This document shows positions 24,705-36,408 of a stretch of 55,545 bases of DNA, in pieces; position 1 is the stretch's first letter; the number at the start of each line of letters is the position of its first letter. The notes under the pieces were generated by a model that did not search any database, was not told where the DNA came from, and saw only the letters and a list, made by a program, of their open reading frames with translations. The translations under genes were made by a program, and so were the position numbers. Origin of the DNA: Malacoraja senta (lineage: Eukaryota); NCBI GenBank assembly GCA_038087875.1, contig JAXLNO010000059.1, positions 1-55,545 on the forward strand, in the 5' to 3' direction.

Positions 24705-25529
24705 GGGGAAGTATTTTATTTTTAATTTTAAAAAAAATAAAAAAATAAAATAAAAAAAAATTTAAATGTTCGGCACGGACTTGAAGGGCCGAGATGGCCT
24801 GTTTCTGTGCTGTTATGGTTATATGGTTATATGGTTATATGACTGGTTAGCATGCAACACAAACTTTTCACTGTACCTCGGTACACGTGACAATAAACTA
24901 AACTAAAACTAAATAACTAACTGAAAATACTTTGACAAATATACAACGGAGTTCATATCATCTTTACACAAATTAATTGGATAATATGAGATTGTAATGC
25001 AACCAATTGTTACCGCAGGCATGACCTTGATACATCATTGAGCTGCAGAGGGACAAGAAAGTGGCTTTGTTTTGTTCTTAACATAATAAAAGTACATAAC
25101 ACAAAATTCTGTTAAGTGGTGTCAGAAAATTCAGCAATGTTTTACTCATCAATAGAATGTTGCAGATGTTCTCACCAATGAAATGAAAGAGGATTTCTAT
25201 TCCTGATGTGTTTGAGTATAATCTCCAATTCAATGTTGGGCCTTAAACATTGACAGCTGATCATTTAAGCATTATTGTCAGCTTTAACAAAGTAGATACA
25301 GTACTCCTGGGAGTCAGCATACAAGCCTTGACATCTGGGTCATAAATGTGTGTTGAAGACAATTCAGCACTTTATTTGTCTGGAAAGAATAACCGCAGCT
25401 GCCGCTACCATTGTCAAGGAGTTAATAAATGATGTGAGAAACACATGCACTGAATTCAGAAGACTGAACGGCTGAAAATGTAGAGAATAGGAACTGAAAT
25501 TGAAAACAAAGATCAAGGTGAAGCAAGCT

Positions 25530-26148
25530 TCAGTCACAGTGATACTGCATAGTAACTGGCCCTTCGAGCCAAGTCATCAATGCCGACCAAGATGCCCATC
25601 TAAGCTAGTCCCATTTGCCCGTGTTTGGCCCACATTCCTCAAACCTTTCTTATCCGTGTATCTGCCCAGATGTATTTCTAATGTTGTTACTGTAGTTGCC
25701 TCAACCACTTCCTGTGACAGCTTGTTCCAAAACCATAACCACTTTCTATGTGAAATAGTTGCCCCTCGAGTTCCTATTAAATCTATCCCCGCACACCATG
25801 ACTCCATGCCTTCTAGTTCTTGATTCCCCAACCCCAAGAAAAAGGCTGCATGCATTCATCCTATCTATTCCCCTCGTGATTTTTTACACTATAAGATTAA
25901 AAGATTACCACCACATACTAGGGACAATTTACAGTTACCTGTATACCGAGTATACAAACCCAAGCCAATTAACCTTCAAACCTGTACGTCTTTGGAGTGT
26001 GGGAGGAAATCGAAGAAATTGGAAAAAAACACGCGATCAAAGGAGAAAATGCAAACTCTGTACAGACAGCACCCGTAGTCAGGATCGAACCAGCTTCTCT
26101 GGCGCTGCAAGAGCTGTAAGGCAGCAACTCTACTGCTGCGCCACCATG
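25530..26148 (-). mobile_element. CR1 3' fragment (~25530-25890) plus HE1-like V-SINE (~25905-26148)
   Basis: WNKLSQEVVEA peptide on the minus strand; reverse complement of GGTGGCGCAGCAGTAGAGTTGCTGCC and GGTTCGATCC. Confidence 0.75.
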
Positions 26149-26214
26149 CCACCCTCTCTCTCTCAAACAATCGTTTGTATGTTTTTGGAGATTTAGGTTT
26201 TCAAGCCTAAGTTT

Positions 26215-26515
26215 AGGTTTATTATTGTCACATGTACTAAGGTACAGCGAGAAGCTTTGTTTTGAGTGCTATCCAATGTAATCAGATAATACTTTACATT
26301 TACATAAACTCAAATGCAGTAAGTGGAAGATACAGAGTACAGAATGTAGTTCTCAGCATTGTAGACCACCGTAGACAGGGTCAAATGTCCGCAATAGGGT
26401 GGAGGTGAATTGGACACTACCCTAGCTTATGGAAGAACTGTTCATATGTCTGATAAGAGAAGGGAAGAAGCTGTTCCTGAGTCTGGTGGTGTGTGCTTTC
26501 AAGCTCCTGTATCAT
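26215..26515 (-). mobile_element. Rex1-like 3' end fragment
   Basis: Reverse complement of the 3' region seen at 41750-41990, ending GTGACAATAATAAAC. Confidence 0.6.
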
Positions 26516-28000
26516 TTCCCTCTGGCAGTGCTGAAAAGAAGCAATGGCCATAATGTCATAATAATCATGATATTCATAACTCAGGCATTCGTAAGCAGGG
26601 GAGGACCAAAAGTCTTCTCCGATCATATGCCGTAAAACACATTCTGATTCATAGATGCATGTGGCAATCCAGCTAACTAAAGTGTAGGAAGGAACTGCAG
26701 ATGCTGGTTTACACCAAAGATAGGCACAAAATGCTGGAGTAACTCAACGAGACAGGCAGCATCTCTGGAGAGAAGGAATGTCACCCAAGCTAACTAAAGT
26801 AGTTTTCATTCAACTCAGTGTCTGACAAAGGCCCAAAATGTCATCTATCCTTGTTCTCCAGAGATGTTGACAGAACCGTTGAGTTACTCCAGCACATTGC
26901 GTCTCTTCATTAAACTCACATTTTATTCTTTAAAATTAGATAAGATAATTGTTGGTACTGATAACGTCGGAAGGTATTAAAGGGTTTTTGGCAAGTGAAA
27001 CAAAAGATTTAATGGTTTAATGATTGACTAATTTAGCAATGAGATACTGAATTATTCATCTTTGCTTTGTATCAGTCGCCTAATTTGTTATTAGGCCTTG
27101 GCTCCTGGACATGTGAGACTGAAGGTAGGAAACATTATGCAACCTGTGATAGGTATTTATTGGGTGATACGAGTAGTTAATTTGTTTGTCTATGCATGAC
27201 TGTAATTTGGAAGCTCTTTCAATTTTGAATCGGAATTGTAACTCAGACTGATCTTTAACAAAAGGAAAATCTATCCCTTTGAGTAGACACGACAAGAAAT
27301 GAAGTACTGGCCAAGATGTGCTCATGTTACACTGTTTATCTGACAGTCAATTAAGCCTTTGGAAAAACTAACAAGCTGGTAGAATTATAAACCCCACAGA
27401 AGCCTTGGCTCTTAAATATGCAAAACACTGACAGGTTAGTTGCACTTGGCGCAAAACATTTATGTGCAAATATGTGGTAGTCTCAGATATATTTTTATAA
27501 ATGATGTTACTGAATAATCCGGGTCATTGAGGTAGAATAAAAGAATAGGATGTATGTGCAAGTGACAAGTATGCTTTTCCTCCAGGTGTTTAGTCTCAGC
27601 TGCAAGTTGGAAAGCTGCATGAGATAGTAGCTCTTAAAGGGTAGGTGCTTCCCATGAATGGGATGTTCTTTATGTTTTTCCTTTCTACAAATGACACATC
27701 CTTACTGTTGAACATACATAATTACTTGGTTGGCACAAAATAATTGCTCTTTGGATTCAACAGAGCAAATCCTATTAATTAGTACAGAATTCAGTGAGAC
27801 CCTGCTGAATTTTACTTCGGAGTCACGTGAGTGACTTCGTGAAGAACCCGCTCAGTGCGCAGGCGCGGCATTACGCCAGCAGTGCAACAGCGGCGGCAGC
27901 TGGAGGAAGGCTCTCCGGCTGCAGTTTAAAAGACGGACCGTTGGGTAAGTATGGTGAAGTTATCTAACGGAGAAGGAGAGTTAAAGTGTGTACTTACGAA

Positions 28001-29251
28001 ATGAGTTCACAAAAGAAAAGACTCTCGAAGAAAACTGCCCCCAGCTCATCTCCACCAGAGGAGCGTTCAATCGCAGGGGGACAGCAACAGGCGGCAGGAA
28101 CGCACATAGAGCGCTCCGCTATCCCCGAGACCGAGCCGAGCCCAGTCCCGCTAATGCCTGCACAGCGGACAGGGAGGAAAGCCATGAGGAAAAGTATCCG
28201 GCCGGTCATTTCTGATTCGTCGGAGGGGGACATGTCTCCACCGAAACGGAGCAGAGACAGCCGCCAGAGCTTACAACAGCTCTTGGAGCAGATGCTCCAG
28301 CGGGATGCGCAGAAGGAGCGTTCCCGCGGAGGTAGGTCAGGCACCTCCTCCACAGTGTCTTGTGCACTGCCCTCTGCTCCCTCATTACTGGAGGCTAGCA
28401 TTGGTGACCAGGGTTGGGCTGGTCTGGAACAGGGGCTGGCGGACGAATTCGGCGGTATGCAAGGGGTGCAGGAGCAGGAAGAGCTGCTGGGTGTCGTGGA
28501 CCGCTATGTAGCAACCCCACGTGCTGGAAGACCGCTGGAACCAAAAATGGCGGCCAGCATAAATCATCTATCAAATAAGCCCTTGCAGGAGAAGGTACTG
28601 CTAGAGGCGCTTGAACTGTACACAGCACCAGAGAACTGTGAGGCCCTCAGAGTGAAGACTGTGAACAGCCAGATCTGGGGGCACGTGGGGTCAAACATGC
28701 GTAACCATGAAGTTAAGCTACAACGGATCCTGAGGCTCCTGACGTCGGCCATAACAGCCTTTGCTCGTTCTGTGGATAGTACGGAGATGGATACCTGCCA
28801 GCAGGATGTGCTGGCACTGATGTGCAACACACAATTTGAAATTAACAATCTCCGGCGCGAAAACATAAGACCTGCCCTCAATCCCAAATTTGCTGGGTTG
28901 TGCAGAGCCCCAGCTGCAGAGACGAATGCTCTGTTATTTGGGAAAGACCTCAATAAACAACTGAGGGACATGGAGGAAGCAGCGAAAACTTTCGGCCTCA
29001 TGAGGGCAGGCCCCGGGACGAGCAAACCAAAAGCTGCAATACCCAAGCGGCAGCACCCCATGGCATCCACCAGTCGACGTCCTCAATATGGGACTGGTGA
29101 AAGCTCGGGGACCGCATTTTATCCCCAAAGATCTTTTTTAGATCAGGGCCCACAGCGGACCCCATGGAAAATGCGCCACCCCCCAACATCGCCAGCACGT
29201 CAGACAAACAAACCGTACAAAAACCTCAGGAAACAAAAGAAACACCAATAA
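28001..29251 (+). CDS. DIRS gag-like ORF
   Basis: Uninterrupted ORF upstream of and overlapping pol; PENC..L.V..VN..IW, RRENIRPAL and LLFGKDL motifs. Confidence 0.85.
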   Translation: MSSQKKRLSKKTAPSSSPPEERSIAGGQQQAAGTHIERSAIPETEPSPVPLMPAQRTGRKAMRKSIRPVISDSSEGDMSPPKRSRDSRQSLQQLLEQMLQRDAQKERSRGGRSGTSSTVSCALPSAPSLLEASIGDQGWAGLEQGLADEFGGMQGVQEQEELLGVVDRYVATPRAGRPLEPKMAASINHLSNKPLQEKVLLEALELYTAPENCEALRVKTVNSQIWGHVGSNMRNHEVKLQRILRLLTSAITAFARSVDSTEMDTCQQDVLALMCNTQFEINNLRRENIRPALNPKFAGLCRAPAAETNALLFGKDLNKQLRDMEEAAKTFGLMRAGPGTSKPKAAIPKRQHPMASTSRRPQYGTGESSGTAFYPQRSFLDQGPQRTPWKMRHPPTSPARQTNKPYKNLRKQKKHQ

Positions 29252-29252
29252 C

Positions 29253-31187
29253 CATGGAGGTAGGTGGGTCTGGTTCCTGCCAGCATATAGAGAATAAGGG
29301 TGCTTTACTAACAGGGGGGAGATTACACTTGTTTAAAGAAGCATGGGTTACTGTCACGAGTGACAAGTATATACTCAACAGCATTAGTGGATATAAAATT
29401 CAGTTCATGTCAGAACAGTCGCCGCCAGTTCAGCATTGGCCCCAAAGGGTATTTTCTCCCTCCGTCAAAGAGAAACGTGAGGGACAAGCTGAACTGGTGA
29501 GACTTATCACAAAGGGGGTCATCGAAAAGACCAAACATGAACCTTTGGAATTTGTATCAAATATATTCACTAAAACCAAAAAAGATGGGGGATGTCGCAT
29601 CCTCATCGACTTAAGATCACTAAATAAGTTTGTTCAGTATATACATTTCAAAATGGAAACATTTGTTACTGCCAAACAACTGATTTCCAAAGGGTATTTC
29701 ATGGCAAGCATGATCTTAGAGATGCGTACTATTCAGTCCCCATACACAAAGATCATTGCAGATACCTAAAATTTATCTGGTTGGGGCAGCTGTGGCAGTA
29801 CAAAGCATTGCCCAATGGGCTAACTTCGGCCCCAAGATTATTTACCAAAATATTGAAAATAGCCATGGCAATACTAAGAAAACAAAAACATATTGTCATG
29901 GCATATTTGGATGATATTCTGATAGTAGGGAAAACGAAGGAATTGGCTGTGGCAGCAGTATCAGCTACAAAACAGCTCCTCGAAACTCTGGGGTTCATCA
30001 TCCATCCAGATAAATCTAAGTTGAAGCCATCCACTATCATGGACTACCTGGGCTTCACAATTAACTCAGTCCATATGACTGTTACCTTGCCAAAGGAAAA
30101 AATGGTTGCATTAGCACAATCATGCAACAATTTAATGGTCAACAAACGACCAACTATTCGACAAGTAGCAAGAGTGATTGGGAAAATGGTAGCAGCATTT
30201 CCGGCTACACAATTCGGACCTTTGCACTATCAAAATTTACAAAGAGCAAAGGTACAGGCACTAAAGCGACATACAGGTCACTATGATCGTGTCATGAAAT
30301 TACCCACTGAAGCAATATCAGAGCTACAGTGGTGGGCAGAAAATGTTTGGCATAGTGTCAGCTCTATCATTATCACTAATCCTACTATAGTTCTTCAAAC
30401 AGATGCCAGTGCTCAAGGCTGGGGAGCAACTAACTCCATATCCAGCACAGGTGGTAGATGGACTAACCTAGAGTCATCGTTACTACTGACACTGGGCATT
30501 AACTATCTAGAGATGTTGGGAGCCTTTTATGGTTTAAAAGCATATGTATCTACTATGCAGCACTTGCATGTTCGATTACAAATAGATAATACTACGGTGG
30601 TGGCTTATATTAACCATATGGGCGGCATAAAATCACTATCATGCGACAAATTGGTCAATGTGATTTGGCAATGGTGTGTCGAAAGACATATTTGGCTATC
30701 AGCTACTTATCTACCAGGTAAGCTAAACAAAGTGGCAGACACCAGGTCACGCAAATTCAATGATAACATAGAATGGATGTTAAACCCTAAAGTATTTGCT
30801 AAAGTTATTAAGCAGTATGGAACGCCAGATATTGATTTATTTGCATCACGACTAAATCACCAGTTACCTATGTATGTCGCTTGGGAACCAGACCCAGAGG
30901 CAGCAGCGCTAGATGCCTTCACGCTGGATTGGGGAAAGTTCTTCTTCTATGCTTTCCCTCCCTTCTGCCTCATCAGTCGGGTACTTCGCAAAATACAGAT
31001 GGACTCTGCTTCTGGAATTTTGATGGTGCCCGACTGGCCTACACAGCCATGGTTCCCGGTTCTACATGACATGGTGGTTGAGTCACCAATGGTCTTTCCC
31101 AGTGATCCAGGATTATTAACTCACCCAGTAACAGGCATAAGCCACCCATGTCATGAGAAAATTAAACTCCTGGGTTGCAGGTTTTGA
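29253..31187 (+). pseudogene. DIRS pol: RT, RNase H and methyltransferase-like domain; one 1-nt deletion at ~29711
   Basis: GGRL..F...W, RILIDLRSLN, FKMET, (S-I)DLRDAY broken by the frameshift, LPNGL, YLDD, TDAS, DN, ADTRSR, DLFAS and YAFPP. Confidence 0.92.
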
Positions 31188-32158
31188 ATAGACCTTATCT
31201 GGAACTGGGATTGTCCGAACGTACCATCACCACCATGTCGGCATCCCTTCGAACATCCACCAAGAGGCAGTACTTAAGCAGCATAAGAAAATGGGAGAAG
31301 TACTGCCAGGAAACAGGAACAACGTATGCAACAGCCACAGCCACCAACGTACTGGAGTTCCTGGCCCATCTACACCATGATGAAGGGATTAGTTACAGTG
31401 TCATCAACACAGCGCGGAGTGCTCTTTCTGCGTATCTCAAACCAGCAGGACAACAGGCAATGGGATCACATCCACTGGTGGTAAAACTGATGAAGGGTAT
31501 TTATAATATCAAGCCCCCTAAACCCAGGTATACCCATATTTGGGATATCAGTGTGGTCCTGACATACCTCAGGGAATGGCCACCAGCCAGATCCCTCAGC
31601 CTCGAGCAATCTACATTAAAGACGCTCATGTTGATGGCACTCGTATCCGCTCAGAGGGTCCAGTCACTACACAAGTTAAGGCTGGACAACATGGTGACCA
31701 CCCCAGATCAGATCACATTCATCATACAGGGTCTGGTGAAGCAAAGCAGGCCAGGAACAGCGAATCCACTGGTGGTATTCCAGGCCTACCCACAAGAGCC
31801 ACGCTTGTGTGTCGTGACCCATCTACAACATTATATAGACACAACCCACAATATCAGAGGGAGTGAAAAAGCCTTATGGGTCAGCCACAAGAAACCTCAT
31901 GGCCGGGTAACGAGCCAAACCATTTCAAGATGGCTCAAACAGGTGCTGAAGGCTGCCGGAATAGATACTAATACATTTAAATCTCATTCCACTAGGGCAG
32001 CATCTACATCAACGGCGGAAAGAATGGACGTACCGGTTGACCATATTCTGAATACAGCAGGATGGTCGAGGGAAACGACATTCAGAACTTTTTATAATAA
32101 GCCATTGATGAAACCAGATTTATTTGCAGAGAAAATATTAGAAGCTGCAAATATATAA
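31175..32158 (+). CDS. DIRS tyrosine recombinase
   Basis: SAQR, HSTR, AGW and FRTFY give the R-H-R-W-Y catalytic residues. The start codon is uncertain. Confidence 0.92.
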   Translation: MQVLNRPYLELGLSERTITTMSASLRTSTKRQYLSSIRKWEKYCQETGTTYATATATNVLEFLAHLHHDEGISYSVINTARSALSAYLKPAGQQAMGSHPLVVKLMKGIYNIKPPKPRYTHIWDISVVLTYLREWPPARSLSLEQSTLKTLMLMALVSAQRVQSLHKLRLDNMVTTPDQITFIIQGLVKQSRPGTANPLVVFQAYPQEPRLCVVTHLQHYIDTTHNIRGSEKALWVSHKKPHGRVTSQTISRWLKQVLKAAGIDTNTFKSHSTRAASTSTAERMDVPVDHILNTAGWSRETTFRTFYNKPLMKPDLFAEKILEAANI

Positions 32159-33011
32159 TTTAAAGCCCGGGGGAGCTATTTAATTTTGTTATTGTTAATA
32201 AATACCTTTTTTGTTTCTTGAGAAACGGATTCATTGGTTGATTACGATAACACTTCCTCCCTCAAGAACTTTCGGCAGTGAGTGAAATAAAACTGTTACA
32301 CGGTTTGAAATCACAGAGCTTTGAAATCTTCACGAAGTCACTCACGTGACTCCGAAGTAAAATAGTAAGATTAAACGAGAACTTACCAGTTTGAAGTTTG
32401 ATCTGTATTTTATGAGGAGTTACGATGAGGGATTACGTGCCCTCCGCTCCCACCCTCATTATATGGATCAAACTAATAAATTGATGTCTCTTTTTCTTTA
32501 CTATGTTTACTTCAAATACCTGTGTCTATCTGTGATTCCACACCGCTGCTTGGAAGTATGCCGCGCCTGCGCACTGAGCGGGTTCTTCACGTAATCCCTC
32601 ATCGTAACTCCTCATAAAATACAGATCAAACTTCAAACTGGTAAGTTCTCGTTTAATCTTACTATTAAACTCCACAAAATAAGGTAAGGATGACTCATTG
32701 GAGTGGAAAGCCATCCATGCATGAAAGATAAGGATGTCTTTGAAATTTAAGGCCCCTCTACTTCCCATACCATTTTTAAACTTAAATTGTCTCTGTCTCC
32801 CAGGCTGTGGTTAAACTCAATGGCCAGTCACCCACCTCGTTGTTAAATACAGAGGCCCATTGATCCCGGGCACTGTTCTGAAAGTCTGGCGTTTTTGTTT
32901 CCTTGTCCGTGTTTAAACTGAAGGGGTTCCTATCTCCTGCACCATCTTTATACTCAGGGAACCCTGCTTCCCACACTGTTGATAAATTCACGGGCCTCCT
33001 TTCACTCATGC

Positions 33012-33403
33012 TGTTTAGAAGTGTGAAAACGCACACCTCCAGATTCAATGACAGTTCCTTCCCAGCTGTTATCAGGCAACTGAATCATCTTACCACAACC
33101 AAAGGGCAATGCTGAACTACTATCTACCTGATTCAGATCAGTCTGAAGAACGCCACCCATTCATTCTCTCCAGAGATGGTGTCTCACTCTCTGAGTTACT
33201 CCAGCATTTTGTGTCTACTATCTACCTCATTGACCCTCGGACTAACCTTGATCAGACTTTGATGGCTTTACCTTGCACTAGACGTTATTCCCTTATCATC
33301 TATCTGGACACTGCAAATGGCTCGATTGTTATCTCTGCTGACTGGATAGCACTCAACAAAAACTTTTCACTGTACCTCGGTCGGTACAGGTGACAATAAA
33401 CTA
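33012..33403 (+). mobile_element. Rex1-like 3' end with an inserted Penelope pLTR relic (~33135-33218)
   Basis: RSVKTHTSRFNDSSFPAVIRQLN peptide; tail CTGTACCTCGG...GTGACAATAAACTA; CTATCTACCT appears on both sides of the pLTR piece. Confidence 0.65.
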
Positions 33404-33536
33404 CGGCCTGTATATACTGTAACTCCAATTAGACTATTTTCATCCTTGCAATTTCAACTCTATCCACAAGGATTCTACATCTTCTGACCCTATGCCATCT
33501 CTTACTACCTTTGCCCACCTATCTGTCTTTCCAATA

Positions 33537-34030
33537 ATGTAGGAATGAACTGCAGGTGCTGATTTACACCAGAGTTAGACACAAAATGCTAGAGTAACTT
33601 ATTGGGATGGAGAATCTCTAGAGAGAAGGAATGAGTGATGTTTTGGGTTGAGACCTTCTTCAGACGAAGAGTCAGGGGAGAAGGCATCTAGAGATATGGA
33701 AGGGTAAGGTATGAAAATGACAGATCAAAGCAGATGATGATAAGGAAATGTAGATTGGTTCATTGTTGGCTGAGGGGTAGGTGACAATGAGGCATACAAT
33801 CTGTAAAATTATTCAGAAGGACAGTGAAACTAGTTGGAGAATTAGGGTGGGAGAGGGATGGAGAAAGAGAGAAAGCAAGGATTCTTTGAAATTATTGGGT
33901 TGTACGCTGCGCAAGAAATATATGAGGTGCTGTTCCTCCAATTTGCCTTGGGCCTCACTCTGACAATGGTGGAGGCCCAGGACAGAAAGGTCAGTATGGG
34001 AATGGGAGGAGGAGTTAAAGGATATGTAAC
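33537..34030 (-). mobile_element. Penelope-like element 3' fragment (GIY-YIG C-terminus + pLTR)
   Basis: FNSSSHSHTDLSVLGLHHCQSEAQGKLEEQHLIY peptide in ORF 33813..34043, followed by the pLTR unit at ~33537-33665. Confidence 0.8.
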
Positions 34031-35168
34031 CTTGGATATTCATCTCCCAGCTCCGATCCTCTTTCAGCTAGGTCTCTGTGATGTCCACACATTGTACCTA
34101 CCAATTTATCACACATGACGTTTCTCCAGTAGTTTTCCTTTTGCTCCAGATCCCAACATCTGCAGGGTCTTGTGCCTCCAGGTTAATGCATTCTCCCAGT
34201 TTACTTCAACAAACCAGGTCAGCTGAATGGCCGTGTACCCGTAAAGGGCACATTGGCGCAGCAGATAAGTGTATGTATTTAGAAAATAATTAGGCCCAAA
34301 ATAAACTACTACTTTCCAACAGCTCTGTTTCCTTTGGCTCCCAACTAACCCCTGATGTATCTCAGTGCATTAGAAATAGCACATCCAAGATCAAGTCCCA
34401 AATATCACAGCATATGTTTGCCATCAGCAAAGTCTTGTGCTGCTGGGAAAGGCTTGTAAAATTAACACTCTTATAAACACCCAATCCAAGATTTTCAGAT
34501 GATTTTTTTCCAAATTTAGCAAAATGTAAAGGAGGAACAACATCTTGGCAATAAATTTCAGAATGTGTCAGATAGAATAATTAGCATGCATGCTATTTGA
34601 CACTCTGATGAATTAAAGATTAGCCTTGACTCAGGCATCCAAGTACAGTATTTCATGTGTTTGAAACATAGCAGATTTATTGAAAAATTGTTGTGGCCTG
34701 CCAGGTTAGTTGTCACATTTGGAATCAACAGACTAAAAGGATATTTCAGTATCTTATGCTTAAAATAAATCACCATATTCACTAGTATGTTATACTCGTG
34801 AAATCTTTATTATTGTTAGATTTTATAAACTGAAATTTTCCACACAAAACTTGTGTTCTAAGAGATTTTTAATCTAAGGATGAATTGGATAAGAAGTTCA
34901 ATGCCTTCATGTGCCTGTGAAAGTCTGTGAACCAATATCCTAACAGATGCACCCTCAGCCCAAAATACAGCTCAAAGAAACACAGCTCTGCTTCTCACCA
35001 ACCCACAATCGTATCAAGCAGGACTCAGAACTGATATTTACGTGCTCCATTACACGCACACAGAGAGCACTGCAGGGAGTCTAGCTCACATATCTCACTG
35101 CTGTCACGAAACACAATGCTTAACGCTCACTAGCCGACTTCCCTCACTCTTCATGGGCAAGGTGCCAC

Positions 35169-35493
35169 GCGGCACGGTGGCACAGCTGTAGAGTTGCTGC
35201 CCTACAGCGCTTGCAGCGCCGGAGACCCGGGTTCAATCCCAACTCCGAGTGCTGCCTGTACAGAGTTTGTACGTTCTCCCCGTGACTGTGTGGGTTTTCT
35301 CCGAGATTTTCGGTTTCCTCCCACACTCCAAAGACGTACAGGTATGTAGATTAATTGGCTTGGTAAATGTAAGAAAAAATTGTCCCTAGTATGTGTACGA
35401 TAGTGTTAATATGTGGGGATCGCCGGTTGGCGTGGACCCGGTGGGCCGAAGGGCCTGTTTCCACGCTGTATCTCTAAACTAAACTAAACTAAA
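35169..35493 (+). mobile_element. HE1-like V-SINE, full length
   Basis: GGCACGGTGGCACAGCTG A box, GGTTCAATCC B box, V domain, CR1-type tail and (CTAAA)n. Confidence 0.88.
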
Positions 35494-35872
35494 CAGCAGC
35501 TATCTATGGCGGGAAAATATAGCTATATTACTGACTTGGATGTGAATGTAGGATGTATGGTTAGTAAGTTTGCAAATGGCATGATGGTGGTGTGGAATGC
35601 GAGGATGGTTGTCTAATACTACAGTAGTAAACAGATCAGGCGGAACATTGCATGGAGCATTGGCAGATGGACTTTAATCCTGAAGAATTAGAGAAGAGGC
35701 ATTTTGAGAAATAATGTAGGAGTAGGATATTTACAGAAAGTGGTGCAGCATTCCGGACTGTTGATGAACAAAGTAAACTAGGATTCAAGCAGATCTTTCC
35801 CTCAAAGTGGCAACCCTGCTAGATAGGGTGGTGAAGACAGCTTCTGACATTTTTCCCCCATAGGTCGAGACA

Positions 35873-35924
35873 TCTATATATTACTAAAACTTTCATCTTG
35901 TTTGTTTCTATGTCTGTGATTCCA

Positions 35925-36001
<77 letters not shown>

Positions 36002-36350
36002 GATTCTGTCTGTCTGTCTGTGACTGTCTGTCTGTCTGTGATTCTGTCTCTCATTCTGTCTGTCTGTCTGTCTGTGATTCTGTCTGTCTGTGATTCTGTC
36101 TGTCTGTCTGTCTGTCTGTGAATCTGTCTGTCTGTCTGTGATTATGTCTGTCTGTCTGTGAATCTGTCTGTCTGTCTGTGATTCTGTCTGTCTGTCTGTG
36201 ATTCTGTCTGTCTGTCTGTCTGTGATTCTGTCTGTCTGTCTGTCTGTGATTCTGTCTGTCTGTCTGTGATTCTGTCTGTCTGTCTGTGATTCTGTCTGTC
36301 TGATTGTATGTGATTCTGTCTTTCTGTCTGCGATTCTGTCTGTCTGTGAT

Positions 36351-36408
<58 letters not shown>

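Larger units (their letters stand above)
20259..24840 (+). mobile_element. Full-length, young CR1 LINE
   Basis: 5' tandem array, ORF1, ORF2, 3' UTR and (TATATGGT)n tail; TGAC at 20258-20261 and 24840-24843; the interrupted Rex1-like 3' UTR resumes at 24841. Confidence 0.95.
27809..32666 (+). mobile_element. DIRS1-type tyrosine-recombinase retrotransposon, full length
   Basis: Left ITR from 27809; ICR at 32327-32439 complementary to both termini; right ITR and extension ~32559-32666; ATT trinucleotide at both ends. Confidence 0.96.

Noticed and set aside
31175..32158. Phage integrase or prophage, with methyltransferase as a restriction-modification system
   Set aside because: Context (gag, RT, ICR, ITRs) identifies a eukaryotic DIRS retrotransposon.
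32782..33048. Possible host exon on the minus strand (88-aa ORF)
   Set aside because: No recognisable domain or convincing splice sites, and its start overlaps a Rex1-like fragment; cannot be supported without a homology search.
35169..35250. tRNA genes at SINE heads
   Set aside because: A/B boxes continue into the V-domain and LINE tail, so these are SINEs.
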